Positions 1 to 9,426 of a stretch of 64,000 nt of DNA are shown here, piece after piece. The position numbers and the translations under genes are program-made. Within the stretch, counting starts at the first letter, position 1, and each line of letters opens with the position of its first letter. The notes under the pieces were generated by a model. It did no database searches, was not told the DNA's origin, and saw only the letters and a list, made by a program, of their open reading frames with translations. This stretch comes from Patescibacteria group bacterium (GTDB lineage: Bacteria; Patescibacteriota; Minisyncoccia; UBA6257; 2-01-FULL-56-20): positions 92,325-156,324 of the forward strand of contig JAGXBC010000003.1 of the NCBI GenBank assembly GCA_018971305.1, given 5' to 3'.

Positions 1-28
1 TTGAAAAATCTCCTATATTTTGTAGAAT
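1..28 (+). promoter_or_regulatory. Candidate sigma70 promoter of the tRNA-Lys locus
   Basis: TTGAAA(1-6)-16 nt-TAGAAT(23-28) upstream of tRNA-like sequence starting at 49. Confidence 0.5.
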
Positions 29-48
29 GTGAATGAACCTGTTTTTAT

Positions 49-118
49 GCCCCCGTAGCTCATCCGCCAGCTGGCGGAGGTAGACCTGCCTGCCGGTAGG
101 CAGGGCAACCCCCTTTTA
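49..118 (+). pseudogene. 5' half of a tRNA-Lys-like gene interrupted by two palindromes
   Basis: GCCCCCGTAGCTCA[TCCGCCAGCTGGCGGA]GGTAGA[CCTGCCTGCCGGTAGGCAGG]GCAACCCCCTTTTA aligns to the 5' half of the intact tRNA at 188-260 once the inserts are removed. Confidence 0.75.
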
Positions 119-187
119 TGAATGACTTCATAAATCTGGTTCGCTCATTGAAAATGAAAATTGATTTAAGAAAGTTGTGTCCAGCGT

Positions 188-260
188 GCCCCTGTAGCTC
201 AGTCGGTAGAGCAGCTCCCTTTTAAGGAGATGGTCGCAGGTTCGATTCCTGCCGGGGGCA
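188..260 (+). tRNA. tRNA-Lys (anticodon TTT)
   Basis: Cloverleaf: acceptor GCCCCTG/CGGGGGC, D arm GCTC..GAGC, anticodon loop CTTTTAA, T loop GTTCGATT; CCA not encoded. Confidence 0.95.
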
Positions 261-304
261 CGCTGTACGGAACAAATCAGTTTTCATTTTCACTTCGCTG
301 CCAG

Positions 305-358
305 TTTTAAGGAGATGGTCGCAGTCCGCCAGCTGGCGGACGATTCCTGCCGGGGGCA
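305..358 (+). pseudogene. 3' half of tRNA-Lys interrupted by a palindrome in the T arm
   Basis: TTTTAAGGAGATGGTCGCAG[TCCGCCAGCTGGCGGA]CGATTCCTGCCGGGGGCA is identical to the 3' half of 188-260 except that GTT is replaced by the 16-nt palindrome. Confidence 0.8.
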
Positions 359-397
359 CAAGTGTGCAGTAAGTGTTTTTTGTAATATAATAACGCG

Positions 398-988
398 ATG
401 AAATTTATTATCGGCATTGATGAGGTGGGCCGTGGTTCTCTTGCGGGGCCCGTGACCGTGGCAGTGGCTTGCATGCCTTGGAATTTGAAAATTATTAACC
501 GTTCTTTGGGGAAATTAAGAGATTCTAAAAAACTTACCGCGAAACAGCGAGAACGCTGGTTTAACTTCTTTAAGAATCATAACGGGATTAATTGTGCTCT
601 GGCCCGCGTCTTCCCTCGGCAGATAGAAAAGATAAATATTTCGCAGGCGGCCAATCTTGCAGCCTTAAGGGCTTATAAGAAATTGAATTTCAAATTAAAA
701 ATTTCTAATGCCAAGATCTTTTTGGACGGGGGGTTGTTTTTGGGAAGGGGCGAACAGCCGAAAAACGCCAAAACCGTCATAAGGGGCGACGAAAAGATAA
801 GAGCCGTATCTATTGCTTCAATAATAGCTAAAGTATCCCGCGACAGGGCCATGGTGCGGTTAGCGAGAGTTTATCCGCAATATGGATTTGATGTTAATAA
901 GGGATATGGAACCAGAAAACATCTGAAAGCGATAAAGAAGCACGGTCCGAGCAAGGTTCATAGATTGACTTTTCTTAGGTTTTCTTAA
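398..988 (+). CDS. rnhB: Ribonuclease HII
   Basis: GIDEVGRGSLAGP, DSKKL, DG, ASIIAKVSRD, KGYGT motifs. Confidence 0.95.
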   Translation: MKFIIGIDEVGRGSLAGPVTVAVACMPWNLKIINRSLGKLRDSKKLTAKQRERWFNFFKNHNGINCALARVFPRQIEKINISQAANLAALRAYKKLNFKLKISNAKIFLDGGLFLGRGEQPKNAKTVIRGDEKIRAVSIASIIAKVSRDRAMVRLARVYPQYGFDVNKGYGTRKHLKAIKKHGPSKVHRLTFLRFS

Positions 989-1033
989 AAATTTTTTGCC
1001 AGGGGTGCTAAGAATTTTTTTAGAAAACGTTAG

Positions 1034-1052
1034 ACCCCGCCATCGGCGGGGT
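1034..1052. repeat. GC-rich palindromic repeat (REP-like), copies at 16448-16466 and 44892-44910
   Basis: ACCCCGCCATCGGCGGGGT is the exact reverse complement of 44892-44910; the 16448 copy differs only in the loop. Confidence 0.8.
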
Positions 1053-1176
1053 ACTGGCTTGCTCCATGGGATTTATTATGCTACTATAAAATGGTCGTAA
1101 CAAACAATAATATAATCCCGCCAAGGCGGGATGCTCAATTTCGCAGCCAATCACTGCGTTCTTGGGCAAAATTGGC

Positions 1177-1329
1177 ATGGGTGGCGTACCAGTAAAACAT
1201 CATTCAAAAGGAAAAGTTGGCCGCAGGCGTTCTCATTTGGCGTTAAAGAAACAGCGTCTTTTTGTTTGCAAGAACTGCGGTGCTCCGAAACCGTCTCACA
1301 GGGCTTGCAAGCATTGTGGCAAGACTTAA
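1177..1329 (+). CDS. rpmF: 50S ribosomal protein L32 (absent from the ORF track, 50 aa)
   Basis: Translated by hand: MGGVPVKHHSKGKVGRRRSHLALKKQRLFVCKNCGAPKPSHRACKHCGKT*, with RRSH and two CxxC; rpmF-nusB-rnc context. Confidence 0.93.
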   Translation: MGGVPVKHHSKGKVGRRRSHLALKKQRLFVCKNCGAPKPSHRACKHCGKT

Positions 1330-1368
1330 CGTAAAATGGTTCTACGTTTCCCAGCTCTTTTCTAACCA

Positions 1369-1833
1369 ATGGCAACAAGGCATTTAATCAGAACGGTAAT
1401 CCTTCAGTCCCTCTACGAGTGGGATTTTTATAATCAAAAACACGACCTCGTTGCTATTTTGGACAGGAATCTGGCGGAATTTGCTCCCGGGATAGACGAA
1501 CCGGAATTTGCCTGGAAAATACTTAAGGGAATGATAGATCATATTAAAGATATAGATAATGTTATCGTGAAGGCCGCCCCCGAATGGCCGCTGGATAAGA
1601 TAGCCATCATAGACAGGAATATTTTGCGCATCGGGCTTTACGAGCTTTTATACGCTGACCAGAACGAGGTGCCTAAGAAAGTTGCCATTAACGAGGCCAT
1701 AGAGCTTGCTAAAAATTATGGCGGACCAAATTCCGCACGTTTTATAAATGGAGTTTTGGGGACTATATATAAAGAGCTTGATGATAGCCATATGCAGGAA
1801 CAAAGCATAAAAAAGGAATCAGCGGAAAAGTGA
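1369..1833 (+). CDS. nusB: Transcription antitermination factor NusB
   Basis: [33 protein letters not shown] motifs. Confidence 0.95.
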   Translation: MATRHLIRTVILQSLYEWDFYNQKHDLVAILDRNLAEFAPGIDEPEFAWKILKGMIDHIKDIDNVIVKAAPEWPLDKIAIIDRNILRIGLYELLYADQNEVPKKVAINEAIELAKNYGGPNSARFINGVLGTIYKELDDSHMQEQSIKKESAEK

Positions 1834-1849
1834 TAGGAATAACAAGAAA

Positions 1850-2542
1850 ATGTTAAAGATGAACCCTGGTGATCTAGAGAAAAACATCGGCGTAAGTTTC
1901 AACAACAAAGACCTGCTTACGGAATCTCTTACGCACCGCTCTTATTTGAATGAATATCCCAAGTGGCCTTTACCGCACAACGAACGTTTAGAGTTTTTGG
2001 GCGACGCGGTTTTGGAGTTGGTGGTTTCCGACGAGCTTTTCAAAAAATTTTCCAATTATCCCGAAGGGCAGCTTACCGTTCTCCGGGCCGCGCTCGTTAA
2101 TTATCAAATACTCGCCAAAGTTGCCGAGGGTATCGGGCTGGAAAAATTCATACTTCTTTCTCGCGGGGAGAAAAAAGACACAGGCAAAGCCCGCGAAGTT
2201 ATCTTGGCGAACGCGATAGAGGCGGTTATCGGCGCGATTTATCTTGACCGGGGTATAGACATTGTGAGCTCTTTTATTAAAAAATTCGTGATGACTAACT
2301 TGGAAATGGTTCTGAAAACCAAAAGTTATAAGGATTCCAAGAGCGAATTGCAGGAAATTGTACAGGAGAAGCTTAAGCTTACTCCGACTTACAGCGTTTT
2401 AGAGGAATCCGGTCCTGCGCACAAGCGAATATTCAAGATGGGGGCTTACTTCGGTGAAAAATTAGTTGCCGACGGTTCAGGCGCTTCTAAACAGGAAGCG
2501 GAACTGGAGGCGGCTAAAGCTGCGTTGAAGAAATATAAATAG
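1850..2542 (+). CDS. rnc: Ribonuclease III
   Basis: HNERLEFLGDAVL signature plus C-terminal dsRBD. Confidence 0.97.
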   Translation: MLKMNPGDLEKNIGVSFNNKDLLTESLTHRSYLNEYPKWPLPHNERLEFLGDAVLELVVSDELFKKFSNYPEGQLTVLRAALVNYQILAKVAEGIGLEKFILLSRGEKKDTGKAREVILANAIEAVIGAIYLDRGIDIVSSFIKKFVMTNLEMVLKTKSYKDSKSELQEIVQEKLKLTPTYSVLEESGPAHKRIFKMGAYFGEKLVADGSGASKQEAELEAAKAALKKYK

Positions 2543-2554
2543 AACATAAAATTA

Positions 2555-3238
2555 ATGGATTTCTTTCTCGGTTTGTTCAGGGGTCGACTAAATCAAGGAT
2601 ATTTTTTCCTTGCATGGTTAATGCTTATACCTTTAGCGTTGCTGCTGTTAATTTTTCAGATTATCTTCGTAAATTTGAATCCCGCGCCTAGTTTTTTTGT
2701 TATATTGATATTTTTGGTCTCACTAGAAATTAGAAGACTTCATGATATAGGAAAAAGTAGCGTTTGGCTTTGTATGGCTTTATTGTTGGGACCAGCATCT
2801 TTCCTTTTAGCATTGATCCCAGGACAGAGGGGAGATAATAAATATGGACCAGAGCCCCCGGCGAAGATCGGATTAATAAACGCCACATTAAATCTGGATA
2901 AATCAAACCACATTGCCACACCCGGCGGAAAAGTACCCACTATAAAAAGTGGCAGGAAAATGGTTGCCTGGGTTTTGGTTTGTGGAATTTTAATTACTTT
3001 ATCTGTTTTAACAGTCCATTATTTTATCAAGAAGCAGGATGCACTGAATGAATGGAGGTCTCAATACCGCTATATAATTTGTAAGGACGGTAACTGTATT
3101 TATGCAAATAAATATGCAATTGGACAGTACGGATGCGTATTTGCTGAAGAAGTAATGGGTGGAGGAATAATCAATAAATTATGCGGTGAATATAAAATAA
3201 ATAATAATCCGCTTTACTATAATGGAAGTGCAGATTAA
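2555..3238 (+). CDS. DUF805-like membrane protein with C-terminal extension
   Basis: F.GRLN, IRRLHDIGKS and PGQRGDNKYGPEP motifs typical of DUF805/YhaH; several TM helices. Confidence 0.75.
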   Translation: MDFFLGLFRGRLNQGYFFLAWLMLIPLALLLLIFQIIFVNLNPAPSFFVILIFLVSLEIRRLHDIGKSSVWLCMALLLGPASFLLALIPGQRGDNKYGPEPPAKIGLINATLNLDKSNHIATPGGKVPTIKSGRKMVAWVLVCGILITLSVLTVHYFIKKQDALNEWRSQYRYIICKDGNCIYANKYAIGQYGCVFAEEVMGGGIINKLCGEYKINNNPLYYNGSAD

Positions 3239-3244
3239 AAAGCC

Positions 3245-5437
3245 ATGCCCCATTTTCTAAAAAAACTTGAGTTAAACGGTTTTAAATCATTTGCCGGGAA
3301 AACCACACTGGAATTCCCCGCGGGAATCACTGCGATCGTTGGTCCGAACGGCAGCGGCAAGTCCAACGTCGTGGATTCTATCCGTTGGCTTTTGGGCGAG
3401 CGAGATGCCAAAAATCTTCGCGGAGCGAAAGTTGAGGACTTGATTTTCGCCGGTACGGCAAAGAAAGCTAGGATGGGGCAGGCGCAGGCCAGCTTGCACT
3501 TTGAGAACGCCAATAATTTTTTCCCGGTGGACTTTTCCGAGGTTTCCGTGATGCGCGAGATACGCCGCGACGGCACAAGCCGTTATTTTTTGAATAAGGC
3601 GGAAATTCTACTCCGCGACCTCGTTGATTTTTTTGCCAAAGCGCGTCTTGGTTCGCGCGGACTTATTGTCATTACGCAAGGCAATAGCGACGTTTTTATT
3701 CAGGCCTCGCCCATGGCGCGAAGGGAAATGGTGGAAGAAATTCTCGGGCTTAGAGAATATCAGCTCAAAAAAAGCGACGCCGAGAGGCGGCTTAAGAACA
3801 GCCAGATAAATTTGGACAAAGCTCGGGCGCTTACTGAGGAAATATTGCCACACCTGCGTTCCTTAAAGCGGCAAACTTCCCGTTGGGAAAAACGCGGCTC
3901 GTTGGAAGAAGAGCTGAAAGGCCTGGAGAATATATTTTTCGGAACTCAATTCAAAGATATAAAGGAAAAACTCGGAGAGATCCAAAAAAGAATGAATGCG
4001 GAACGCGGTGAATTTGCCGTTCTGGAAAAAGAAAAAAAGTCTGCGGAAGTAAGGCAGGCGGAGGTGGAATCCAGCCAGCCGGAAGAAAGAAAAGATTTGG
4101 AAAAAATAAAAGCCCAAACCCAGCAATTATTGGAGAAAAAAAGCGTTTTACAAAAAGAGCTGGGTCGCATTGAGGGGCAAATGGAAATGGTGGAGAAGGC
4201 CGCAGTTTCCTCTCCCCAGGCTCATTCCACGGCAAAATTATTGGCCGTGCTTAAAAATATAAAAACGATTTTGGAAACGGGACTCAGGGGCGATATGGTG
4301 GAAATGCAAGAAGCGATAAGGAGTGCCACCGAAGAAATAGAAGATATTTTGTCCGATAGGGGCAAGGATTTACCTGGTAAGACGGCTCCCGATGCCGGCT
4401 TGAAGCCCCAGTTTGAAAAAATCAACCGCGACTTAAAATCTTTGGAGGTGGATATTTTGGACCTCAAGGCCAAAGAACAATTATTAGAGAAGAATCAGGA
4501 ACAATTTTATCATTCCTTTAAGGCGGCCGTGGCTGGAGTTGAAGCAGCTAAAGACAAGATAGAAAAATGGGAGGCGAAGAACAGAGAAATATTATTTGAA
4601 AAGGAACGTCTCACAATGCGCCTGGAAGAAACTGCGCGCCAAGCGGTACAAGCGGGAAGAAAACCGGAAGAATTTAATGGTATTGATGTGTCTGGCGCAA
4701 ATGCCAATGAGGACGCGTCTCAAATGGAAAGAAAGATTTTTAAACTCAGGGGTGATCTGGCGAGCATCGGCGAAATAGACGAGGCCTTAATGAAAGAGGC
4801 GCGCGATACGGAGACAAGATACGAATTTCTTAAGAAAGAATCGGAAGATTTAGATAAGGCAGTTAGAGATCTGCGTGTTCTTATAAAAGACCTGAACGAA
4901 AAGATCTCCATAGAATTTGAAACGGCGCTTGTAAAAATTAACGAAGAATTCGGAAAATTTTTTGAGACGATGTTCAGCGGCGGACACGCAAGATTAAAAA
5001 TAGTTAAAAAAGAAGCGCGGAGTATCGTAGAGGACGATCTCGGAGATTCTAACGAGGGATTGCCGGATGTGGTAAAAATTGACGAAGAAGCTGCTGAAGA
5101 TGACGGTGGCATTGAAATAGAGCTGCACCTGCCGCGTAAAAAGATAAATTCCTTAGAAATGCTTTCCGGAGGTGAAAGGAGTTTAGTGGGCATCGCGGCA
5201 CTTTTTGCTCTTATTTCTGTAAGCCCGCCACCATTTTTGGTTTTAGATGAGATTGATGCGGCTCTTGATGAACGCAATGCCCGGCGGTTCGCGGAGATGC
5301 TTAAGACCTTTGCCAAAAAAACCCAATTCGTGGTTGTTACCCATAATCGCGCCACCATGGAAGCCGCCGACGTTCTTTATGGCGTGACTCTGAACGAAGA
5401 CGGCACTTCAAAGATACTATCGCTTAAGCTCGGATAG
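3245..5437 (+). CDS. smc: SMC-family chromosome segregation ATPase (short, 730 aa)
   Basis: GFKSFA, Walker A GPNGSGKSN, signature LSGGE, Walker B/D-loop LVLDEIDAALD, coiled coils; downstream of rnc. Confidence 0.88.
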   Translation: MPHFLKKLELNGFKSFAGKTTLEFPAGITAIVGPNGSGKSNVVDSIRWLLGERDAKNLRGAKVEDLIFAGTAKKARMGQAQASLHFENANNFFPVDFSEVSVMREIRRDGTSRYFLNKAEILLRDLVDFFAKARLGSRGLIVITQGNSDVFIQASPMARREMVEEILGLREYQLKKSDAERRLKNSQINLDKARALTEEILPHLRSLKRQTSRWEKRGSLEEELKGLENIFFGTQFKDIKEKLGEIQKRMNAERGEFAVLEKEKKSAEVRQAEVESSQPEERKDLEKIKAQTQQLLEKKSVLQKELGRIEGQMEMVEKAAVSSPQAHSTAKLLAVLKNIKTILETGLRGDMVEMQEAIRSATEEIEDILSDRGKDLPGKTAPDAGLKPQFEKINRDLKSLEVDILDLKAKEQLLEKNQEQFYHSFKAAVAGVEAAKDKIEKWEAKNREILFEKERLTMRLEETARQAVQAGRKPEEFNGIDVSGANANEDASQMERKIFKLRGDLASIGEIDEALMKEARDTETRYEFLKKESEDLDKAVRDLRVLIKDLNEKISIEFETALVKINEEFGKFFETMFSGGHARLKIVKKEARSIVEDDLGDSNEGLPDVVKIDEEAAEDDGGIEIELHLPRKKINSLEMLSGGERSLVGIAALFALISVSPPPFLVLDEIDAALDERNARRFAEMLKTFAKKTQFVVVTHNRATMEAADVLYGVTLNEDGTSKILSLKLG

Positions 5438-5505
5438 CGGCTTGGCTTGCCCTGCGGCGGTTGGTTTATTAGAATTAACACAGAAATTTCATAAGGGGTG
5501 ATGCC

Positions 5506-6204
5506 GTGAAAAGCAGATACCGCTGTCTCGTTTTGACCCTCTCCATTATTGTTGCATTTGGTACATGTTCTCTGGCCTTGGGAGCCAAGAAAAAAAGACA
5601 GGTTCGCATAAGAAGAGAAACGTTGCCGCAGGAAATTTTTAGAAATTATCCGGACCTGCGCGGTTCGGAAGATTCGTTGGAATTGGAGAATGCCGTAGCC
5701 GATGAGAATTTTCTGCTTAGAATTCCCAACCGTCACTGGCTTGAACGTGTTATAGGGGATAATTATTTAATCCCGGTTTCCAAAGGAAATAGAAATTTCT
5801 ATTTGGACCAAGAATCATTTATGGACCGCGGTTATGGCGATAGGAAATATTTGGCGCCATTGGCACTGGCTTACTTGGAACAATTTTCGGAAACATATAA
5901 TAGGAAGTTTTATCCAAACTCTTCTTTTCCGCATTTGAAGATAACCTCTCTCGTAAGAACTCAAGATTATCAGAATTATTTGGTCCATAAAAAGCATAAT
6001 CGGAGTGCAGCATCGGGAGACGTACCGGAACACCGTTCCGTCCATCTTACGGGATATGCTTTTGATGTTTCCGTAAAAAAAATGACAAGGAGCCAGGCTC
6101 TCTGGTCGGCGGATTATTTTGGTAAAGATATTCTGAGCGGATTGATTTTGGGCGTATACGAAGCACGGGGAGGGGATTTTCATATAATGGTCGTACCCCA
6201 ATGA
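5506..6204 (+). CDS. Secreted DUF5715 / LAS (peptidase M15-like) family protein
   Basis: Signal peptide; ITSLVRT..YQ and SVHLTGYAFDVS (SxHxxGxAxD) with distal FH. Confidence 0.7.
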   Translation: MKSRYRCLVLTLSIIVAFGTCSLALGAKKKRQVRIRRETLPQEIFRNYPDLRGSEDSLELENAVADENFLLRIPNRHWLERVIGDNYLIPVSKGNRNFYLDQESFMDRGYGDRKYLAPLALAYLEQFSETYNRKFYPNSSFPHLKITSLVRTQDYQNYLVHKKHNRSAASGDVPEHRSVHLTGYAFDVSVKKMTRSQALWSADYFGKDILSGLILGVYEARGGDFHIMVVPQ

Positions 6205-6293
6205 TACGAGCAGTCGCCAAGCGGCTGCTTTTTTATAAGTCTTGCCCAGGGTATAATTATCATATTAAGGACTTACATTTTTGATTTAATTAT

Positions 6294-7106
6294 ATGCCCA
6301 ATAAACAGCGTAAAAACCCGAAAAAGTTCGATATAGAAACCCGGTACCTTGGTGAGCGAACAGACCTTAAAAAGCTGCAGGAAGGGATTAAGAAGTATAA
6401 GTTTCTGAATCGAGACCACCCTCTTGTTGTTCAGCTCTTGGAAGAACAATATGCGGTCCTCACAAAATTCGGAACGATAACCTTTTGGAACGTTGACAAG
6501 GTTTTGGCTAGGCAGTTTATAAAAGAAATTTCCCCATTCGTTAGGGCTATGAAGGCAACTTACGATTATTCCGATACCATAAAGGTGCATGTTGGCGCAG
6601 AATCAGAAAGGGTAAGCTTTGAAGAAGTTGACATCACGGAGTTGGATGTGGAAAAAATAAAAATTATCTCGTATGTTTCCGCTCAGTCGGTGGCCCTGGA
6701 TCGCTACGAGGAAGAAATTAATGTGCGGCTTGATGAGCTGGGCAGGGTTGTTGATAATCTTAAATCTTCCGGTAGAACACGTTTTAATCAGGCAAATTTA
6801 TTGAAACAGGTCGGTAACATCCTTTCCGTAAAACAGAGCACCGTAAGCAGTTTGTCGCTTTTTGATAAGCCCGATGAAACTTGGGAGCGTGAAGAAATAG
6901 AAAAAATATATGAGAAGCTGAGGACCGAATACGAGCTTATAGACAGATTTGATGTTCTGAACGAAAAAATTGATTTTCTCTCGGAAAACAATACGACTCT
7001 TTTGAATTTTATCACGGCGCAGAAAGCGAACCTTCTTGAATGGATTGTTATTATCCTGATTGTTGTTGAAATATTTATCTTTATCTGGGATATCTTAAGG
7101 AAATAG
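6294..7106 (+). CDS. RMD1/YagE (DUF155) family protein
   Basis: FG.ITFWN, AQSVALDRYE, LEWIVIILIVVEI C-terminal TM. Confidence 0.85.
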   Translation: MPNKQRKNPKKFDIETRYLGERTDLKKLQEGIKKYKFLNRDHPLVVQLLEEQYAVLTKFGTITFWNVDKVLARQFIKEISPFVRAMKATYDYSDTIKVHVGAESERVSFEEVDITELDVEKIKIISYVSAQSVALDRYEEEINVRLDELGRVVDNLKSSGRTRFNQANLLKQVGNILSVKQSTVSSLSLFDKPDETWEREEIEKIYEKLRTEYELIDRFDVLNEKIDFLSENNTTLLNFITAQKANLLEWIVIILIVVEIFIFIWDILRK

Positions 7107-7175
7107 ATATTTGCGATTTATTCTAGAACCGCTTATAATTTTTTTACGAAACCGTCCATTTTGAAAAAAATTAAA

Positions 7176-7246
7176 GGGCCCATAGTAAAACGGCATTACG
7201 CGGCATTCGCATTGCCGAGGTCCGGGTTCAATTCCCGGTGGGTCCA
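7176..7246 (+). tRNA. tRNA-Ala (anticodon CGC)
   Basis: Acceptor GGGCCCA/TGGGTCC with G3:U70 Ala identity pair; anticodon arm CGGCA-TTCGCAT-TGCCG; T loop GTTCAATT. Confidence 0.92.
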
Positions 7247-7251
7247 CAAAT

Positions 7252-7566
7252 ATGAAAAATCATAACTATTTTCTAAAAAGCCTAATAAACGCCGTGTGTG
7301 TTTTTGTTTACGTTGCGGGCGTTGCCTGGATTGGTTTTAACAGCCAAAATATTTTCGGCCCACAGCGTAGCAGTTTTCTTGACCCGTTATTCGTAATATT
7401 GCTATTCGTTATCTCGGCGGCAATTACCGGACTTCTCGTGTTAGGGAAGCCGATACTTCTATATTTGGACAATCATAAGAAGGAAGCGTTTACGATGCTA
7501 TTCGCCACATTGGCCTGGCTTGTTATTTTCCTCTTTGTTGTGGTTTTAGGGCTGTTTTTCTTCTAG
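7252..7566 (+). CDS. Small hypothetical membrane protein (3 TM)
   Basis: Three hydrophobic helices, ATG start right after the tRNA. Confidence 0.7.
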   Translation: MKNHNYFLKSLINAVCVFVYVAGVAWIGFNSQNIFGPQRSSFLDPLFVILLFVISAAITGLLVLGKPILLYLDNHKKEAFTMLFATLAWLVIFLFVVVLGLFFF

Positions 7567-7703
7567 TTTATCGGGACCATAAAGTTCAGGAAGTCATAAC
7601 GCCCTATTTGTTATAATTAATTAAAGCTCCCAAATAGATAAAAGGGCGCTTTCGCTTACAGAAAAGGTCGAAAATATAGAATAATTACCATATAAAAAAT
7701 CTC

Positions 7704-8387
7704 ATGGTTATTCAAAACTGGACAGATGTCGTTGTGGGTTCTCTTCAGAATCTTTGGCTTGGATTTGCTAATTTTATTCCGAGCCTGATCGGCGCCATCG
7801 TTGTCTTTATCGTCGGTTTAGTGGTTGCTTCCGGTTTGGGGACGCTGGTTGAAAAGATTTTCGACGCCGTTCGTCTGGATTCTTTTCTCGTGAAACTGGG
7901 TTTGGCCCCGTATTTTGAGAGAGCCGGTATGCGTTTGCGCGGTTCGTACTTCTTGGGCCGTTTGGTTTATTGGTTTATCGTCGTAGCATTTTTGCTCGCG
8001 GCCTCGGACATCCTCGGGCTCTACGCCCTTTCGGGATTCTTGAGAGACGTTTTGGCTTATATTCCCAACGTCATAGCCGCGGTATTAATAATGCTCGCGG
8101 CTGTCGTCGTCGGCAGTTTCTTGAAGAAACTGGTGACGGCTTCGGTGATGAGCGCCAAGTTGCACGCAGCTCATTTCTTGGGAACTATCACCTGGTGGGC
8201 AGTTGTGATTTTCGGTTTATTAACAGCGTTGGTCCAGTTGAATATTGCGACAAGCATTATCAACACCATTATTACCGGAGTCATAGCGATGCTTGCTTTG
8301 GCCGGTGGTTTGGCCTTCGGTCTTGGCGGTCGCGAATATGCCGGTTACTTGATCGGCAAATTGCGGAACCACACCGAATCGAAATAG
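7704..8387 (+). CDS. TM_helix repeat / CmpX-like (MscS-associated) membrane protein
   Basis: Two FIPSLIGAIVV / YIPNVIAAVLI repeats; C-terminal LAFGLGGRE. Confidence 0.82.
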   Translation: MVIQNWTDVVVGSLQNLWLGFANFIPSLIGAIVVFIVGLVVASGLGTLVEKIFDAVRLDSFLVKLGLAPYFERAGMRLRGSYFLGRLVYWFIVVAFLLAASDILGLYALSGFLRDVLAYIPNVIAAVLIMLAAVVVGSFLKKLVTASVMSAKLHAAHFLGTITWWAVVIFGLLTALVQLNIATSIINTIITGVIAMLALAGGLAFGLGGREYAGYLIGKLRNHTESK

Positions 8388-8410
8388 TTTATCTAAGTAA
8401 AAACATTTTA

Positions 8411-8436
8411 AAAACCCCGCGTGAGGCGGGGTTTTT
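8411..8436 (+). terminator. Intrinsic terminator
   Basis: AAAACCCCGC-GTGAG-GCGGGGTTTTT hairpin with T-tract. Confidence 0.75.
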
Positions 8437-8503
8437 ATGCTTCTTGAGGCCGGAGCCAATTGATTTGACTAACAAATGATTTTGCCTTAAACTATCTTTT
8501 AAT

Positions 8504-8908
8504 ATGTTAAGCATCAGATTACAGCGCATAGGCAAAAAACATCAGCCGGGATACCGAGTTGTTGTTGCCGAAGACCGTTCCAAACTCGGCGGACCGCCCG
8601 TGGAAGATTTGGGTTCCTATAATCCGCAGAGCAAAACGGCAACGGTCAAAAAAGACCGCTTGGATTATTGGCTGGGAATTGGAGCTAAAGCATCTGTCAC
8701 GACACACAATCTTTTTGTGAAGAACGGTTTGATTTCTGGCCCCAAGGTTGCCGTTAAAATGAACAAGCCAAAACAGACAGAAGCGGAAGCTGCTGCCGCA
8801 TCGGCAGCTCCTGTAACCGCAACGCCACAACCGGAGCCGACTGCGGTTGCGGAACCGCAAGCCGAAAAGAAAGCAGAGGAATCTCCGAAATCGGAAGGTC
8901 AGTCCTAA
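8504..8908 (+). CDS. rpsP: 30S ribosomal protein S16 with Ala/Pro/Glu-rich tail
   Basis: MLSIRLQRIGKKHQP.YRVVV, EDLGSYNP, WL..GA. Confidence 0.96.
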   Translation: MLSIRLQRIGKKHQPGYRVVVAEDRSKLGGPPVEDLGSYNPQSKTATVKKDRLDYWLGIGAKASVTTHNLFVKNGLISGPKVAVKMNKPKQTEAEAAAASAAPVTATPQPEPTAVAEPQAEKKAEESPKSEGQS

Positions 8909-8917
8909 GATTTGCCC

Positions 8918-8946
8918 TTGACAAATATTTTTGTTGGGTGTATAAT
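8918..8946 (+). promoter_or_regulatory. Consensus sigma70 promoter of khpA
   Basis: TTGACA-17 nt-TATAAT. Confidence 0.85.
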
Positions 8947-9025
8947 AGAAAAACAATTCAATTAGGTAAAAAAGTGACGCACAAGTTGCGAAAGGTCGAA
9001 AAGTTATCAAGAAAATCAGAAATTA

Positions 9026-9337
9026 ATGGCTAGTAAATCGACAGATCAGGAATTTTTGGAATATCTGGTCAAGTCACTGGTTGATCACCCGGACGATGTG
9101 AAGGTTGATCGCAAAGTTGACGAAATGGGAGTCCTTCTCTCTTTGAGAGTGAATCCCGTAGATATGGGCCAGGTAGTCGGACGCCAGGGCGCGACTGCGA
9201 AATCCATCCGCGCTCTTCTGAGGATCGTAGGCATCAAGAATAATGCCCGCGTGAATCTGAAGATTGAGGAACCGGAAGGCAGTACTCGCGGTCCTCGTCC
9301 AATGGGCGACAGACCACCCCGCAGAGAAGAGTACTAA
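9026..9337 (+). CDS. khpA: KH-domain RNA-binding protein KhpA/YlqC
   Basis: LVDHPDDV, DMGQVVGRQGAT (GxxG); follows rpsP. Confidence 0.9.
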   Translation: MASKSTDQEFLEYLVKSLVDHPDDVKVDRKVDEMGVLLSLRVNPVDMGQVVGRQGATAKSIRALLRIVGIKNNARVNLKIEEPEGSTRGPRPMGDRPPRREEY

Positions 9338-9426
9338 TTCTCCGTATCTCGTAAAAGCCGCTCCGATAGACATCGGGGCGGTTTTTAGTTTATTATAAAG
9401 TAAGTTTATGATTCGGAGGTCCAAGT

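Noticed and set aside
1131-1378. ORF-track ORFs 1131-1334 (+) and 1151-1378 (-)
   Set aside because: Shadows of the real rpmF at 1177-1329 in another frame
4720-5358. Long antisense ORFs (also 53408-54022, 58884-59540) and the alternate-frame ORF 7970-8479
   Set aside because: Overlap well-supported genes and have no motifs or start signals
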